A stretch of DNA of 64,000 nt from NCBI GenBank assembly GCA_965223845.1, contig CBDCXR010000004.1, positions 5,248,001 to 5,312,000 on the forward strand. Reading direction: 5' to 3'. The notes under the pieces were generated by a model. That model saw only the letters and a list, made by a program, of their open reading frames with translations. It was not told the origin of the DNA and searched no databases. Below are positions 1 to 9,300 of this stretch, piece after piece. The first letter of the stretch is position 1, and the number at the start of each line of letters is the position of its first letter. The stretch comes from Planctomycetota bacterium. Its GTDB lineage: Bacteria > Planctomycetota > UBA8108 > SXIK01. Both the position numbers and the translations under genes were made by a program.

Positions 1-34
1 CCCTCGAGGCCCACGCCGGTGGTCGCGATCGACG

Positions 35-1369
35 CTACTCCATCCGCCCGAGTACCCGCTTGGCCGCGGCGCGGACTTCGCGTTCGGTGTCGGGCGCGGT
101 CGCGGCGTGAACGAGCGCGGGCCGCGACTGGGGCCCGAGGAAATCGAGGACTCGCTCGACCTGCGTCCGGACGTCACCGCTCGCGTGGGCGAGAGCGCCG
201 ATCAGGATCGGCACCGTCTCGGGATACCTGCCGCCGAGAGCCCAGAGCGATTGGAAGGCTCGCTCGGCCGCTAGCTCACCGCGGTCGGCGAGGACGTCGA
301 TCACGGCCGGCACCGCCGCGACACCGATGCGCTCGAGTGCGTCGTGCGCGTGGTGGAGAAGCTCGGCCTCCGGTTCGCCGAAGAGTTGCGCGATCCGTGC
401 GGCGGCTGGCTCCGCCGCAGGTCCGAGGTAACCGAGACCCTGAATCGCGGTTCTTCTCAGCTCGAGATCATCGTCGTCGAGCAGGCGGACGAGCGTCGGA
501 ACGATCTCCGGTCGCGGATCGACGCGAACGAGCGCTCGCGCGCATTGCGCCCGGAGCACGGGCAACTCGGAAGAGTCGCCGGCGAGGGTGCGGAGATCCG
601 TGCTCGCCGAGGCGGCCCGATCCCCGCAGCGCCCGAGGACATTGGCGGCCCACGATCGCTCATAGTAGTCGTCGCGGAGCAGCCGCTCGCGGAGCAGGGG
701 GACGACGGACTTCCCCCACTTGGGATCGGCCACGACCGCCGCGATGCGACTTCGAAACGAGTTGTCGCGACCGTCGAGCTCGGCGACGAGGGCGCGAAAG
801 GCACGATCGCCGATGCGGCTGAGCACCTCTCCCACGCGCTGGTCTCCGTAAAACTCCCGACGACGCGAAAACGTCCGGATGAGCGGCGGAACGCTGAACG
901 ATCCGAGCGCGACGAGTGCGTCCGCAGCAGCCGAGCGATCCGGCCGAAACAGCGCCATCGACCCGTCCGGAGCGGTAATGACGGACGCACCGATCTCGCG
1001 CCCGAGCGTCAAGCGGTCGATGAGGGCGGGTATCGCGCGCTCGGCTCGCGCCCCCATCCTCCCCAGGTACTCGGCCGCGATGCGCGAGAGCTCACCCTCG
1101 CCGGTCCGCACACACTCCGCAAACGCCTCGACAACTGCGCGAGACGGCGTCGGCGCGAGAGCGTGAAGAGCGCGCTCTCGGTCGGGCCCGACCGCGAGCT
1201 CGTGAAGCCACCAACGCTGCCGGGCGAGCCGATACGCAAAGGGAGATCCGAGTGCGAGAACGGCGAGCGCCAGAGTGAGCGCCACCCAGACCGTCCTCCG
1301 AGACTTTCGCCGTAGCACCACCGGTCCGGTCCGCCTCTTCTTCGTGCCGGGTCTTCGCTCGGCGTTCAC
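35..1369 (-). CDS. Membrane-anchored HEAT/PBS-lyase-like repeat protein
   Basis: Basic N-terminus, one hydrophobic helix (VWVALTLALAVLALGSPFAY), then repeated HEAT-like units (AAEYLGRMGARAERAIPALIDRL, AIQGLGYLGPAA, VRAAAKRVLGRM). Confidence 0.8.
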   Translation of the reverse strand: MNAERRPGTKKRRTGPVVLRRKSRRTVWVALTLALAVLALGSPFAYRLARQRWWLHELAVGPDRERALHALAPTPSRAVVEAFAECVRTGEGELSRIAAEYLGRMGARAERAIPALIDRLTLGREIGASVITAPDGSMALFRPDRSAAADALVALGSFSVPPLIRTFSRRREFYGDQRVGEVLSRIGDRAFRALVAELDGRDNSFRSRIAAVVADPKWGKSVVPLLRERLLRDDYYERSWAANVLGRCGDRAASASTDLRTLAGDSSELPVLRAQCARALVRVDPRPEIVPTLVRLLDDDDLELRRTAIQGLGYLGPAAEPAAARIAQLFGEPEAELLHHAHDALERIGVAAVPAVIDVLADRGELAAERAFQSLWALGGRYPETVPILIGALAHASGDVRTQVERVLDFLGPQSRPALVHAATAPDTEREVRAAAKRVLGRME

Positions 1370-1521
1370 GCGACTCCACTCTGCGGCGGGCCGCGCAGTC
1401 CCCCTTTTTCCGAGCGTTCGAGTAAACTGATGCTATTCTCGTCCGGTCTCGATCGCATGCGAAACTTCCCCGAGACGGTTTCCTCGGGGCGGCTGCGCGT
1501 CATCGCCGATACCTTCGGTCC

Positions 1522-2058
1522 ATGAACAACCCGAACCTCACCTGGAAAGAGTACAGCGCGAACAAGATCTCGCACTCCGTCGCGCACTACCTCATGACGC
1601 TGCGCGACCTGAAGGCGACGCGGGGGTACGCACGCGTTACCGATCTCGCGGACGCCCTCGGAGTCACGAAGGGGACGGTCTCCGGCCAGGTGCGGCAGCT
1701 CAAGGATCGCGGTTTCGTGGTGGAGGATGACGCGCATCACTTGTGTCTCACCGACGCAGGCGAAGCCGCCGCTCGACAGGTTCTCTACAATCGCGGCACG
1801 CTCATTCGCTTTCTCAGCACGGTGCTCGGGGTCGAGCCCGGACAAGCGGAGATCGACGCGTGCAAAATGGAGCACCTCCTCAGCCCCGAGACCGGACACA
1901 AGCTTCTCGAGCTGGTCCAGCTCCTCCTCTCTTCCGATCCGAGCGCGGCGCGGCTCCTCGCGAAGCTCGAGACCACAACGCCTTCCGAATCGACCGCCCA
2001 TCCGCGAGCGGCAACGACCGAGAAGGCAGACGATGACGCGGGCTCGCCCGAAGGCTGA
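1522..2058 (+). CDS. DtxR/MntR-family metal-dependent transcriptional regulator
   Basis: wHTH ARVTDLADALGVTKGTVS..LKDRGFV; dimerisation/metal-site motif FLSTVLGV..AEIDACKMEH. Confidence 0.88.
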   Translation: MNNPNLTWKEYSANKISHSVAHYLMTLRDLKATRGYARVTDLADALGVTKGTVSGQVRQLKDRGFVVEDDAHHLCLTDAGEAAARQVLYNRGTLIRFLSTVLGVEPGQAEIDACKMEHLLSPETGHKLLELVQLLLSSDPSAARLLAKLETTTPSESTAHPRAATTEKADDDAGSPEG

Positions 2059-2124
2059 CCTCGCCCGCTCGCCTAAGACAACCGGCGCGATCATTCGCGC
2101 GAAGACTCAGACGAGGTACTCTCG

Positions 2125-2658
2125 ATGAATCTGAATATCGTTGGGGGCGGAGCCCCGATGTACGATCCCGCCGCGGTGCAGCCGATGCGCGATGAGCTGG
2201 TGAAGGTGGGGATCGAAGAGCTCCTCACGGCAGACGATGTCGACAAGGCGCTCGGCGGTGACAGCACGGCTCTCGTCGTCGTGAATTCCGTCTGCGGTTG
2301 CGCCGCGGGGAACGCGCGCCCCGGGGTGATGCTCGCCCTCCAAAACCGTGTGATCCCGGACCGACTCACGACGGTGTTCGCCGGGATGGAGAAAGAGGCC
2401 GTCGCGCAGGCGCGCAGCCACATGAGCGAGTACCCGCCGTCGTCGCCTTGCATCGCGCTCTTCAAGGCGGGGAAGGTGGTTGCGATCCTCGAGCGCCATC
2501 GCATCGAGGGCCGCGGCCCGCTCGAGATCGCGCGGGAGCTCGCCGCCGCATTCGATGCGCACTGCTCGCGCCCCGGTCCGTCGATCCCCCGCGAAGAGCT
2601 GGAGAAGATCGTTCCGATCCAGGCCTGCGGTTCGCAGATCCCGCGCTTCGGCGATTAG
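2125..2658 (+). CDS. BrxA/BrxB-family bacilliredoxin (YphP/YqiW type) with Cys-containing C-terminal extension
   Basis: Diagnostic VVNSVCGCAAGNARP, TVFAGMEKEAV, PPSSPCIALFK, RHRIEGR; GAGG RBS upstream. Confidence 0.9.
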   Translation: MNLNIVGGGAPMYDPAAVQPMRDELVKVGIEELLTADDVDKALGGDSTALVVVNSVCGCAAGNARPGVMLALQNRVIPDRLTTVFAGMEKEAVAQARSHMSEYPPSSPCIALFKAGKVVAILERHRIEGRGPLEIARELAAAFDAHCSRPGPSIPREELEKIVPIQACGSQIPRFGD

Positions 2659-3214
2659 TCTGGGATCGAGCGCCGCCCGTCAGGACGTGTTCTTCTCTCG
2701 CGAGTGTTTGCGCGAGGCAGCCGCCCGTACGCCCTAGCCGCGCCGGCTTCACCCGAGCGAGCGATCGTCGAAAACGTTCTATTCTCCGAGCGGAGGCGGG
2801 AATCGCCGAGCGTGCCCGTGCCGCGGGCTCGTCGGGCCGGGCGCGGCCCCTCCGCGGCCGGCGCGGGGCGAGATTCGACGAATCGGAAATAGCCCGATAG
2901 ACCTCGAAGGCGCCGCGCGGGTACCCTCTTCGCGCATCGCGGCGCGCCCATCGCGGGGCGCGCGCGAATCGTCAGTCTGTCGAGAGCACCGCCGGTTCGA
3001 GGGGTGGTCAACGTCTCGCGGACCCGGCGGCAGGACCACCGTTCGCACCCAGGCTGGGCGCTCGCCGATCTCCTCGCTCTCTTCGAGCAGATCGCCGACG
3101 GGCCGGTCCCCGGTCGCGTGCGGTCCGCGCGCCCGGCCCGCGGTCGAACCGCCGCTCCTCGCGGGGCATCGCGATCGGCGTCACGGAAAGCCCAAGAAGA
3201 GGAGCGCTACCGTT

Positions 3215-4504
3215 ATGATGCGCACGAAGCAGTCGACCCGCAGCTGGATCGCTGCCGCACTACTCGTTTCGAGCACTGCTTGGAGCGGACTGAACCAGTT
3301 CGACCTAGCGGCGCAAGAGCCCCCCGGCGACACTCCTGCCGTGTCGCTTCCCGACGCCGCCGTATCCACCGACGACCTCGCGGACCTTCTCAAGCCGCTC
3401 ACGAAAGACGAGCTCATCGAGCAGGTGAAGGGCTGGCAGGGCCGCCTCAAGGCGCAGGCCGAAGTCGTGAGTCAGCTCGCGATCGCGGCGCGCGCCGGTG
3501 GCGACGGGGCTCCGACCGCCGAAGCACAGCAAGCCGCGCGCGACGAGCGCCTCAGAATCGCCGACCGCATGAACGTCGCGATCGAAGCGCTTCGCGTGAA
3601 GGGCGGCGAGGTCGAGGAATTCGAAACGTACGTGAGCACGGTCTCGTCGGGCCTCGAGATCGACGCCAAGGACCCGAACGCGGTCGTGACGGCCGTGAAA
3701 GCGTGGGCGCTCTCCGACGAAGGCGGGATCCGCTGGGCGAAGAACATCGGGCTCTTCGTCGTGACCCTCATCATCTTCCGCGTTCTGGCGAAAATCGCCG
3801 GTGGAATCGTTCGGAAGGCGCTCAGCGTCACAAAGGGGAACACGTCGGCGCTCCTCCAGGATTTCCTCGTCAACAGCGTGCGAAAGGTCGTCTTCTTCGT
3901 CGGTGTGATCGTCGCGCTGTCGATGCTCGAAGTGAACATCGGTCCCTTCCTCGCCGCGATGGGCGCCGCCGGCTTCATCATCGGCTTCGCCCTCCAAGAC
4001 ACGCTCGGCAACTTCGCCGCGGGCATCATGGTTCTTCTCTATCGACCCTACGACGTCGGTGACGTGATCTCGGCGGCGGGCGTCACCGGCAAGGTCGACG
4101 CGATGAGCCTCGTCTCGACGACGCTCAAGACGCCGGACAACCAGACCGTCGTCGTTCCGAACGGGTCCATCTGGGGCGGCATCATCACGAACGTCACCGG
4201 CAATCCGACGCGGCGGGTCGACCTCGTTTTCGGAATCGGCTACGACGACGACATCGGTAAGGCGCAGGCGGTGCTCGAGGAGATTCTCGCGAACCACCCG
4301 CTCATCCTCAAAGACCCCGCCCCGGTGGTGCAGCTCCACGAGCTCGCCGACTCCTCGGTGAACTTCGTCTGCCGTCCGTGGGCGAAGACCGGCGACTACT
4401 GGGCCGTCTACTGGGATCTCACCAAGGCGGTGAAGGAGCGTTTCGACAAGGAGAAGATTTCGATTCCGTACCCGCAGACGGACGTTCACCTCCATCAGAG
4501 CTGA
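3215..4504 (+). CDS. mscS: MscS-family mechanosensitive channel with N-terminal helical extension
   Basis: GAAGFIIGFALQDTLGNFAAG, RPYDVGD, VVVPNG, RRVDLVFGIGYDDD, IPYPQ; AGAGGAG RBS. Confidence 0.9.
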   Translation: MMRTKQSTRSWIAAALLVSSTAWSGLNQFDLAAQEPPGDTPAVSLPDAAVSTDDLADLLKPLTKDELIEQVKGWQGRLKAQAEVVSQLAIAARAGGDGAPTAEAQQAARDERLRIADRMNVAIEALRVKGGEVEEFETYVSTVSSGLEIDAKDPNAVVTAVKAWALSDEGGIRWAKNIGLFVVTLIIFRVLAKIAGGIVRKALSVTKGNTSALLQDFLVNSVRKVVFFVGVIVALSMLEVNIGPFLAAMGAAGFIIGFALQDTLGNFAAGIMVLLYRPYDVGDVISAAGVTGKVDAMSLVSTTLKTPDNQTVVVPNGSIWGGIITNVTGNPTRRVDLVFGIGYDDDIGKAQAVLEEILANHPLILKDPAPVVQLHELADSSVNFVCRPWAKTGDYWAVYWDLTKAVKERFDKEKISIPYPQTDVHLHQS

Positions 4505-4525
4505 CCGTCTCGAGACCCGAGATCG

Positions 4526-4593
4526 CGATGGAAAACGGCTCTGTCTCCTCGCCGGCGGACGCTTCGACGAGGCGGCGGAGCCGCTTTCCATCG
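4526..4593 (+). terminator. Long imperfect hairpin after mscS (terminator or REP-like)
   Basis: CGATGGAAA.CGGCTC pairs with GAGCCG.TTTCCATCG, with an inner CCTCG/CGAGG stem; no U-tract. Confidence 0.4.
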
Positions 4594-4698
4594 AGTTCGA
4601 GATCGGTCGGGTGGGTTCGTTTCGCGCCCCGAGGATCCCCCTCGAGTTCACTCCCCGCGAGCTGATAAGATCGGGCTCGCGACACCGAAATCGACCGG

Positions 4699-4715
4699 TT
4701 GTCCCCTATCCCGGA
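4699..4715. repeat. Dispersed intergenic 17-mer, copy 1 (TTGTCCCCTATCCCGGA)
   Basis: 16/17 identical to 22812-22828. Confidence 0.45.
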
Positions 4716-4798
4716 CGTTTCGTTCTTCGCCACGCCTCTCCACGGAAGCGGTCGCGCCTCGGCGAACGGCACGTCCTCCCCGGCACTTCGAGGACACG

Positions 4799-6382
4799 AT
4801 GCCTCTCCGCTCTCTCACGTTCCCAGCGACGAACGGCCGATGCCGCTCCCGCGCATGCTCACGCCGGACCGCTGCGAAGGCGTCGTCGACGTCGAGCCGA
4901 TCCCGGCTCGCTGCCGTCGTCATCGCCGTGCTTGCGCTCTCGACGGCGGGGGGCTGCGGCTCGACTCCGCCGGCGCTCGATCTGCCGCCGCCCGTCATCA
5001 CGTGGCACGAAGCTCACTTTCGCGGCTCACCGCTCTCGGGTCGCGCACCGAGTGCGGGCGCCGAAAGCGCTCTCGCCCAAAACGGCAGCGAGGCGCTCGA
5101 TCCGCAGGATGCCGTTCACGCGCGCGTGACGGCCGTCGCACTCGGCACGATTCCTTCCGATTGGGGTGAGCCTCTCTCGTCGCGAGCGCGCCTGATTCTC
5201 GCCAACCGGGGAGCAGAGCCGCTCCGCTCGACGCTCGCGCTCGCCGCGGGCGGGCGCGGTGCGCTCGTTCCGAATCCTCCGGAGCTCCTCGCTCAGATCC
5301 ACGCGGGGGAACTCGGACCACGCGCCGTGCTCGCGAGCTTCGACCTCGCCGTCCCCCCCGGCGTCACCGCGAACATCGAGGCCATCGCTGGGACGGCCGA
5401 CGCGGCGAGATTCGCCGAACGGCCGCACGGCGCGGGGCTCGCGATCCATCAGTCGTCCGCCGGAGACGGACCGCCGACCGTCGAGATCGCGCTCCGGGTC
5501 GTCGGCAAGCTCTTCGAGACGGACGACCTCAGCGAAGCCGAGCTCGATCCCGATGAAGAGCCCCCCGCCGTTGCCTCCGGTCGCTGGGTGCCCCACCAAG
5601 AGAGAATCGTCCTCGCGCCCCTCGCCGTCGGGGGCGACGACGCCGTCCTCGGCTGCGCGGTGGCGATTCCTTCGCCGTTCGATGCGCTCGATTCATCCGA
5701 AGCCATCGCGTGGATCGTGGAGTTGACACCGGTCGAAGCGGAAAAGCCGGAAGAGTTCGCCGCAGCGTTCGAGCGCTGCCGAACGGATCTCGGCACCGCC
5801 GCGCCGTCCGAATCCGCCGAACCGCTCCTCGGCCGGATGAGCGCGACCGAAGCGCTCGCTCGACGAAAGAACCGCCGCGCCGCGCTCGCCCACGTAGCGG
5901 CGAGCTCGGGCGCTCCGCTCGCGAGCGACGTCGCGCTCGCCGCACCCGACGACATCGTCGAGGAGATCGCGAACAAGGCCACCGAAGGAGACGAAGGCGA
6001 CTCCCTACCGCTCGCCGAGTTTGGCTGGCGGCTCGAGTCGATCGCCGTCACGGCGCTCGCGGACCGGCTCGGTGAAGGCGATCTGACGCCCGCGCTCGAG
6101 AGTCTTCTCAGCGAGCGCGCGGGCGAAGTCGGGCGTCGCGCGGCGCTCCTCAAAGAGGTGGCGGGCGGAAGCCGGAGCGTGAGCGAATTCGATCGCCGGC
6201 TCGAGCGGGAGAACTTCATCTTGCTCGAGGACTCCACGCCGGGAGCTCGCGTCCGGGCGTACGACTGGCTCGCCCGGCGCGGGTCGACGCCGAAGGGATA
6301 CGATCCCCTTGCCTCGGTAAAGGAACGTCGGGCTGCGCTCGCGGCGGCGATCGAAGCGGGAGAGGAGAACGCTGAGCGATGA
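4799..6382 (+). CDS. Hypothetical lipoprotein (start uncertain)
   Basis: Lipobox-like VIAVLALSTAGGC; host-like codon usage; stop overlaps next start (ATGA). Confidence 0.7.
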   Translation: MPLRSLTFPATNGRCRSRACSRRTAAKASSTSSRSRLAAVVIAVLALSTAGGCGSTPPALDLPPPVITWHEAHFRGSPLSGRAPSAGAESALAQNGSEALDPQDAVHARVTAVALGTIPSDWGEPLSSRARLILANRGAEPLRSTLALAAGGRGALVPNPPELLAQIHAGELGPRAVLASFDLAVPPGVTANIEAIAGTADAARFAERPHGAGLAIHQSSAGDGPPTVEIALRVVGKLFETDDLSEAELDPDEEPPAVASGRWVPHQERIVLAPLAVGGDDAVLGCAVAIPSPFDALDSSEAIAWIVELTPVEAEKPEEFAAAFERCRTDLGTAAPSESAEPLLGRMSATEALARRKNRRAALAHVAASSGAPLASDVALAAPDDIVEEIANKATEGDEGDSLPLAEFGWRLESIAVTALADRLGEGDLTPALESLLSERAGEVGRRAALLKEVAGGSRSVSEFDRRLERENFILLEDSTPGARVRAYDWLARRGSTPKGYDPLASVKERRAALAAAIEAGEENAER

Positions 6383-9300
6383 GTCGAGAGAAAAAAGGAA
6401 ACCGCGGCAAGCCGAACGGCGGACCGGAATCGGAGAAGAGAAGCGACGAATCGCCCGCAGCGTCGGACTCTGCGGCAAACTCGAGCTCCGAGGCGAGCGT
6501 CGGTACCAAGGCGAAGCCGGTCCGAAAGAGACGCTGGCTGCGACGAACGATCTTCGCGCTCGCCGCCGTCGCCGTCGTGTGCGTCGTTCTCCGCATCGTT
6601 CTCGCTGCTTCGCTCTCGACGATCATCGAAAAGGCCGCGAACGGCTACAACCTCACCTGCCAGTACGAGCGCCTCGACATCTCGATCCTCAGCGGCGATG
6701 TCGAGCTCTGGCATATGGTCGTCGCACCGAAGGACGGCGGGGAGGCGTTCTTGAGCGCGGAATACTGCCGCGGTGATGTTGCGATCGCTTCGCTCCTCAT
6801 GGGGAAGCTCGTCGTCCGGCGCGTGGAGCTCGACGGCGCCGACCTCACGATCGATCGGAACGCCGACGGATCGTTCGCGCTTCTTCGGTGCATCCAAGAA
6901 GCTGGGGGCGCCGTGGACCACGACACGACGGAACCGGAACCCGAGGCGGCCGACGAAGACGAGGCCTCGGATGACACCGCGGCGATCGCGCTTTCTCCGC
7001 CCATCGAGATCAATGCGCTCCGCGTTCAGCACGTCCAGACGCGCTTCCGCGATCAGAGCGTCGAGCCGCCGATCGACACCGAGTGCGAGCTCAGCCTCCG
7101 CCTCTCCAATCTAAACTCACCGACGCATCCGCTCCGTTTCGATCTCGATATCTCAGCCGAGCCGCTCCTCGATCAGATGTACATCGAAGGGATGGGTCGG
7201 ACGGCCGTCGACGCGCTCGAGCTAGAGCTCGCCGTCACGCTTCGTGGTCTCCACCCGCGCGCGGCCGCGGGCTATCTCCGGCCGCTCGGAGTCGAACCGG
7301 TCGCGGAGGAAATCGCCGCTGCGCTCGACGTGACCGTAAACGTCGACGTATCGGCGGACAAGATGTCGGAAGCGACGGCTGACCTCGTCGTGAGCGACGT
7401 TCACGTCGAGGCCGACGGCGTCCGCGCCCTCGAGCTCGGCCGCGCGCGCATCGACGTCGGCACACTCTCACGCACGACCGCGGGCGGAATCGAGATCACG
7501 GTCAGCGGCGGCAAGTGCTTCATCGAACGCCCGCGCGCGGGAGTTCTTCGGATCGCCGGCGTCGACCTCGTCCCCGCGCCGAAGGGCCCGCAGACACAGC
7601 GGGTCGCGGACGAAGCCGCCTCGGCACTCGCCCCGGGCGAAGCGACTCCAGCGGTCGAGTCGCCGGCGGTCGCCGCGGCCTCCGGCGACGACGCAAACGA
7701 TGCGCGACCCGTGGCTGGCGACGCAGAATCGAAACCTCGTTTTCTCTGGTCGATCGCGAGCCTCGGCATCCTCGATCACTCCGTTCGCTTCGTCGACGCG
7801 TCGGTCGAACCGAACGCGGATCTCGAGTTCAGCCTCGTCGAGCTGGCGGTCGAGAACGTCACGAACGTCCCTGAAGAGCTCTCACCGCCGACTTCCATCG
7901 CGGTTCGGGCGACCGCCCCGGGCCTCTTCCAGTCTCTCGACATTCGCGGCCGAGCGACGCTGTTCGTTCCCGAACAATCCCTCACGCTCGCTCTCGATGT
8001 ATCCGGCATCGCGCCGGATGCCGCCGCGCCCTACCTCGCGGCCGCAGGGATCGAATCGGCACTCGACGCCGGTACCCTTTCCCTTCGCGTGGACGCTCAA
8101 TCCGTCGCTCCTCAGGACGACGCATCCGGCTCCACGAAACTCAGCGCGTCCGTCAGCGAACTTTCGTTTCGAGACGGCGAGAGCGAGCTCTTCGCACTCG
8201 ATCGCGCCGGGCTCGCAGGCGTGAGCTTTCGTTCGGAGCCGCCCGCGCTTTCGATCGATGAGATCGCGATCGCCGGCACACGAGTTCGCGCGGCGCGGGA
8301 CCCGGACGCCGCGCTTCGCCTCTTCGGTCTCCGCCTCGGCGGCGCGGCCACGGAGCCCCACCGCGAGCTCGAGCAAGCTCTCGCCGCCGAGGGCGCTGCG
8401 CGCGTCGTCCCGGTTCGCGCCGAGGCCGGCACCGGCGCGCCCGTTCCGGCGGTCGCTCCGGGCACCGCCGAAACGGCGGTCGGCGACGCCGCAACGCCGT
8501 CCCTTTTCCCGCTCGAGCTGCGGGTCGGTCGAACGATTTGGGAGGAGACGCGCGTTCTCTTCACCGACTATTCGACACCCGAGGTGGTCGAGCTCGCGGT
8601 AGAGGATCTCGGCGTTGAGATCGGCGAGTGGATGGTGAATCCGTCCGCACCCTCGAGCCCCCCCTCGTCCGCCCCGCTCCGCCTATGGGTAAACGCACCG
8701 GGGATCGCTCGCCGTATCGAAGGGACCGGAACGTTCACGCCGTCACCCTCCTCGGTCGAGGTCGCTCTCGCCGTCGAAGGCCGAGGCATCGACGCGAAGG
8801 GAGTCGGTCCGTATCTTTCGGCGGCCGGTCTCGAATCGCGACTCGACGACGGCTCGCTCGATCTCGAGCTCGGGGCCGACGTTCAGCTGGACAGCGGAGC
8901 CGTCGTAGCGAGCGTCGATCTCGAGCGCGTCGTGTTTCGCGACGGAGACGAGGAGTGGGCGGGCGTCGATGCCGTGCGGTGTCGAGTGCGCGCGGAGCCG
9001 ACGCGATTCGTCGTCGAGAACGTCGAGATCGAGCGACCGCGTCTCGCGGCGACACGCTCTGCCGGCGGCGATTTGACGATCGCAGGAATCGGAGTCCTGC
9101 CCGTCGTCGAGACGACGGACGCGGACGCGGCGAGCTCGAGATCGGACACGACTGCGACGGCCTCGGCGCCACGGAGCGCGGCCCCGGGAAAGGACACGCA
9201 CGCGACCGAAGTCTCGGTCGAGAGAGTTCACTTCGGTAACGCGACCCTCCGGTGGGTCGACGAGGCGATTTCGGAGTCGCTCGGCCTCACCGCCGAGGTC

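Noticed and set aside
1468-1489. Inverted repeat CCCCGAG-N8-CTCGGGG upstream of the DtxR gene as an operator or Mn riboswitch
   Set aside because: GC-rich and unlike AT-rich DtxR/MntR boxes; no yybP-ykoY core motifs
2977-3070. SAM-I riboswitch resemblance (TGTCGAGAG...GAGGG)
   Set aside because: Lacks the AUC, GCAACC and GGUGC core elements
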